Source: a virus | Taxonomy: Duplodnaviria; Caudoviricetes | Length of the DNA stretch: 36,679 nucleotides | Direction: 5' to 3' (one strand) | Virus record (IMG/VR): IMGVR_UViG_3300025084_000090 | Span: 1-36,679 of that record | Part shown: piece after piece, positions 36,549 to 36,679 of the stretch | How the letters are laid out: each line of letters opens with the position of its first letter | Numbering within the stretch: position 1 is the first letter of the stretch | Program-made: the position numbers and the translations under genes | The notes under the pieces: generated by a model | Told to the model about the DNA's origin: nothing | Databases searched by the model: none | What the model saw: the letters and a program-made list of their open reading frames with translations, nothing else

Positions 36549-36679
36549 ATGTCAAACAACAATGGCTATACCCAAAAGGAACTTCTCAATATGGTTATTG
36601 AACGACTAGATAAAATAGAAGATAAGTTAGATTCTAAGTTAGACAAACAAGAATTTTATAAAGTACTTACATTAATTGT
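36549..36679 (+). CDS. Coiled-coil protein (3'-partial), possibly lysis-associated
   Basis: MSNNNGYTQKELLNMVIERLDKIEDKLDSKLDKQEFYKVLTLI...; runs off the window. Confidence 0.65.
   Translation, partial: MSNNNGYTQKELLNMVIERLDKIEDKLDSKLDKQEFYKVLTLI

Larger units (their letters stand above)
1..36679. mobile_element. Tailed dsDNA bacteriophage genome (podovirus-like), near complete
   Basis: Terminase, portal, scaffold, major capsid, tail and holin genes; two divergent, densely packed arms; no host housekeeping genes; no tape-measure-like gene in the tail module. Confidence 0.95.

Overview
Near-complete genome of a tailed, podovirus-like dsDNA phage with AT-rich DNA. The host is probably a low-GC actinobacterium such as marine Ca. 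Actinomarina. This is inferred from an r1t-type holin, AGAAAGGA Shine-Dalgarno sites and leaderless promoters. The left arm (750-11450, minus strand) holds early/accessory genes: HNH nuclease, SET-domain methyltransferase, lytic transglycosylase, Rad52-like annealing protein, metallophosphoesterase, a vWA + MoxR-AAA pair, a YubB/DUF1281-like protein and many small ORFs. The right arm (12009-36679, plus strand, continuing at 1-749) holds terminase, portal, probable internal/ejected virion proteins (one carrying a Nudix domain), scaffold, major capsid, tail proteins, Gly-rich fibre genes and a holin fragment. No DNA polymerase, primase, helicase or integrase was recognised. The most unusual signals are non-coding: (i) six covarying stem-GA-N11/12-GA-stem hairpins upstream of early genes, best formed on the template strand; (ii) an intergenic RNA resembling the 3' end of actinobacterial 16S rRNA (h45-like hairpin plus anti-SD ACCUCCUUUCU in a loop); (iii) a multi-pseudoknot RNA ahead of scaffold/capsid; (iv) further structured intergenic RNAs. 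All calls are by eye; no searches or folding programs were run.
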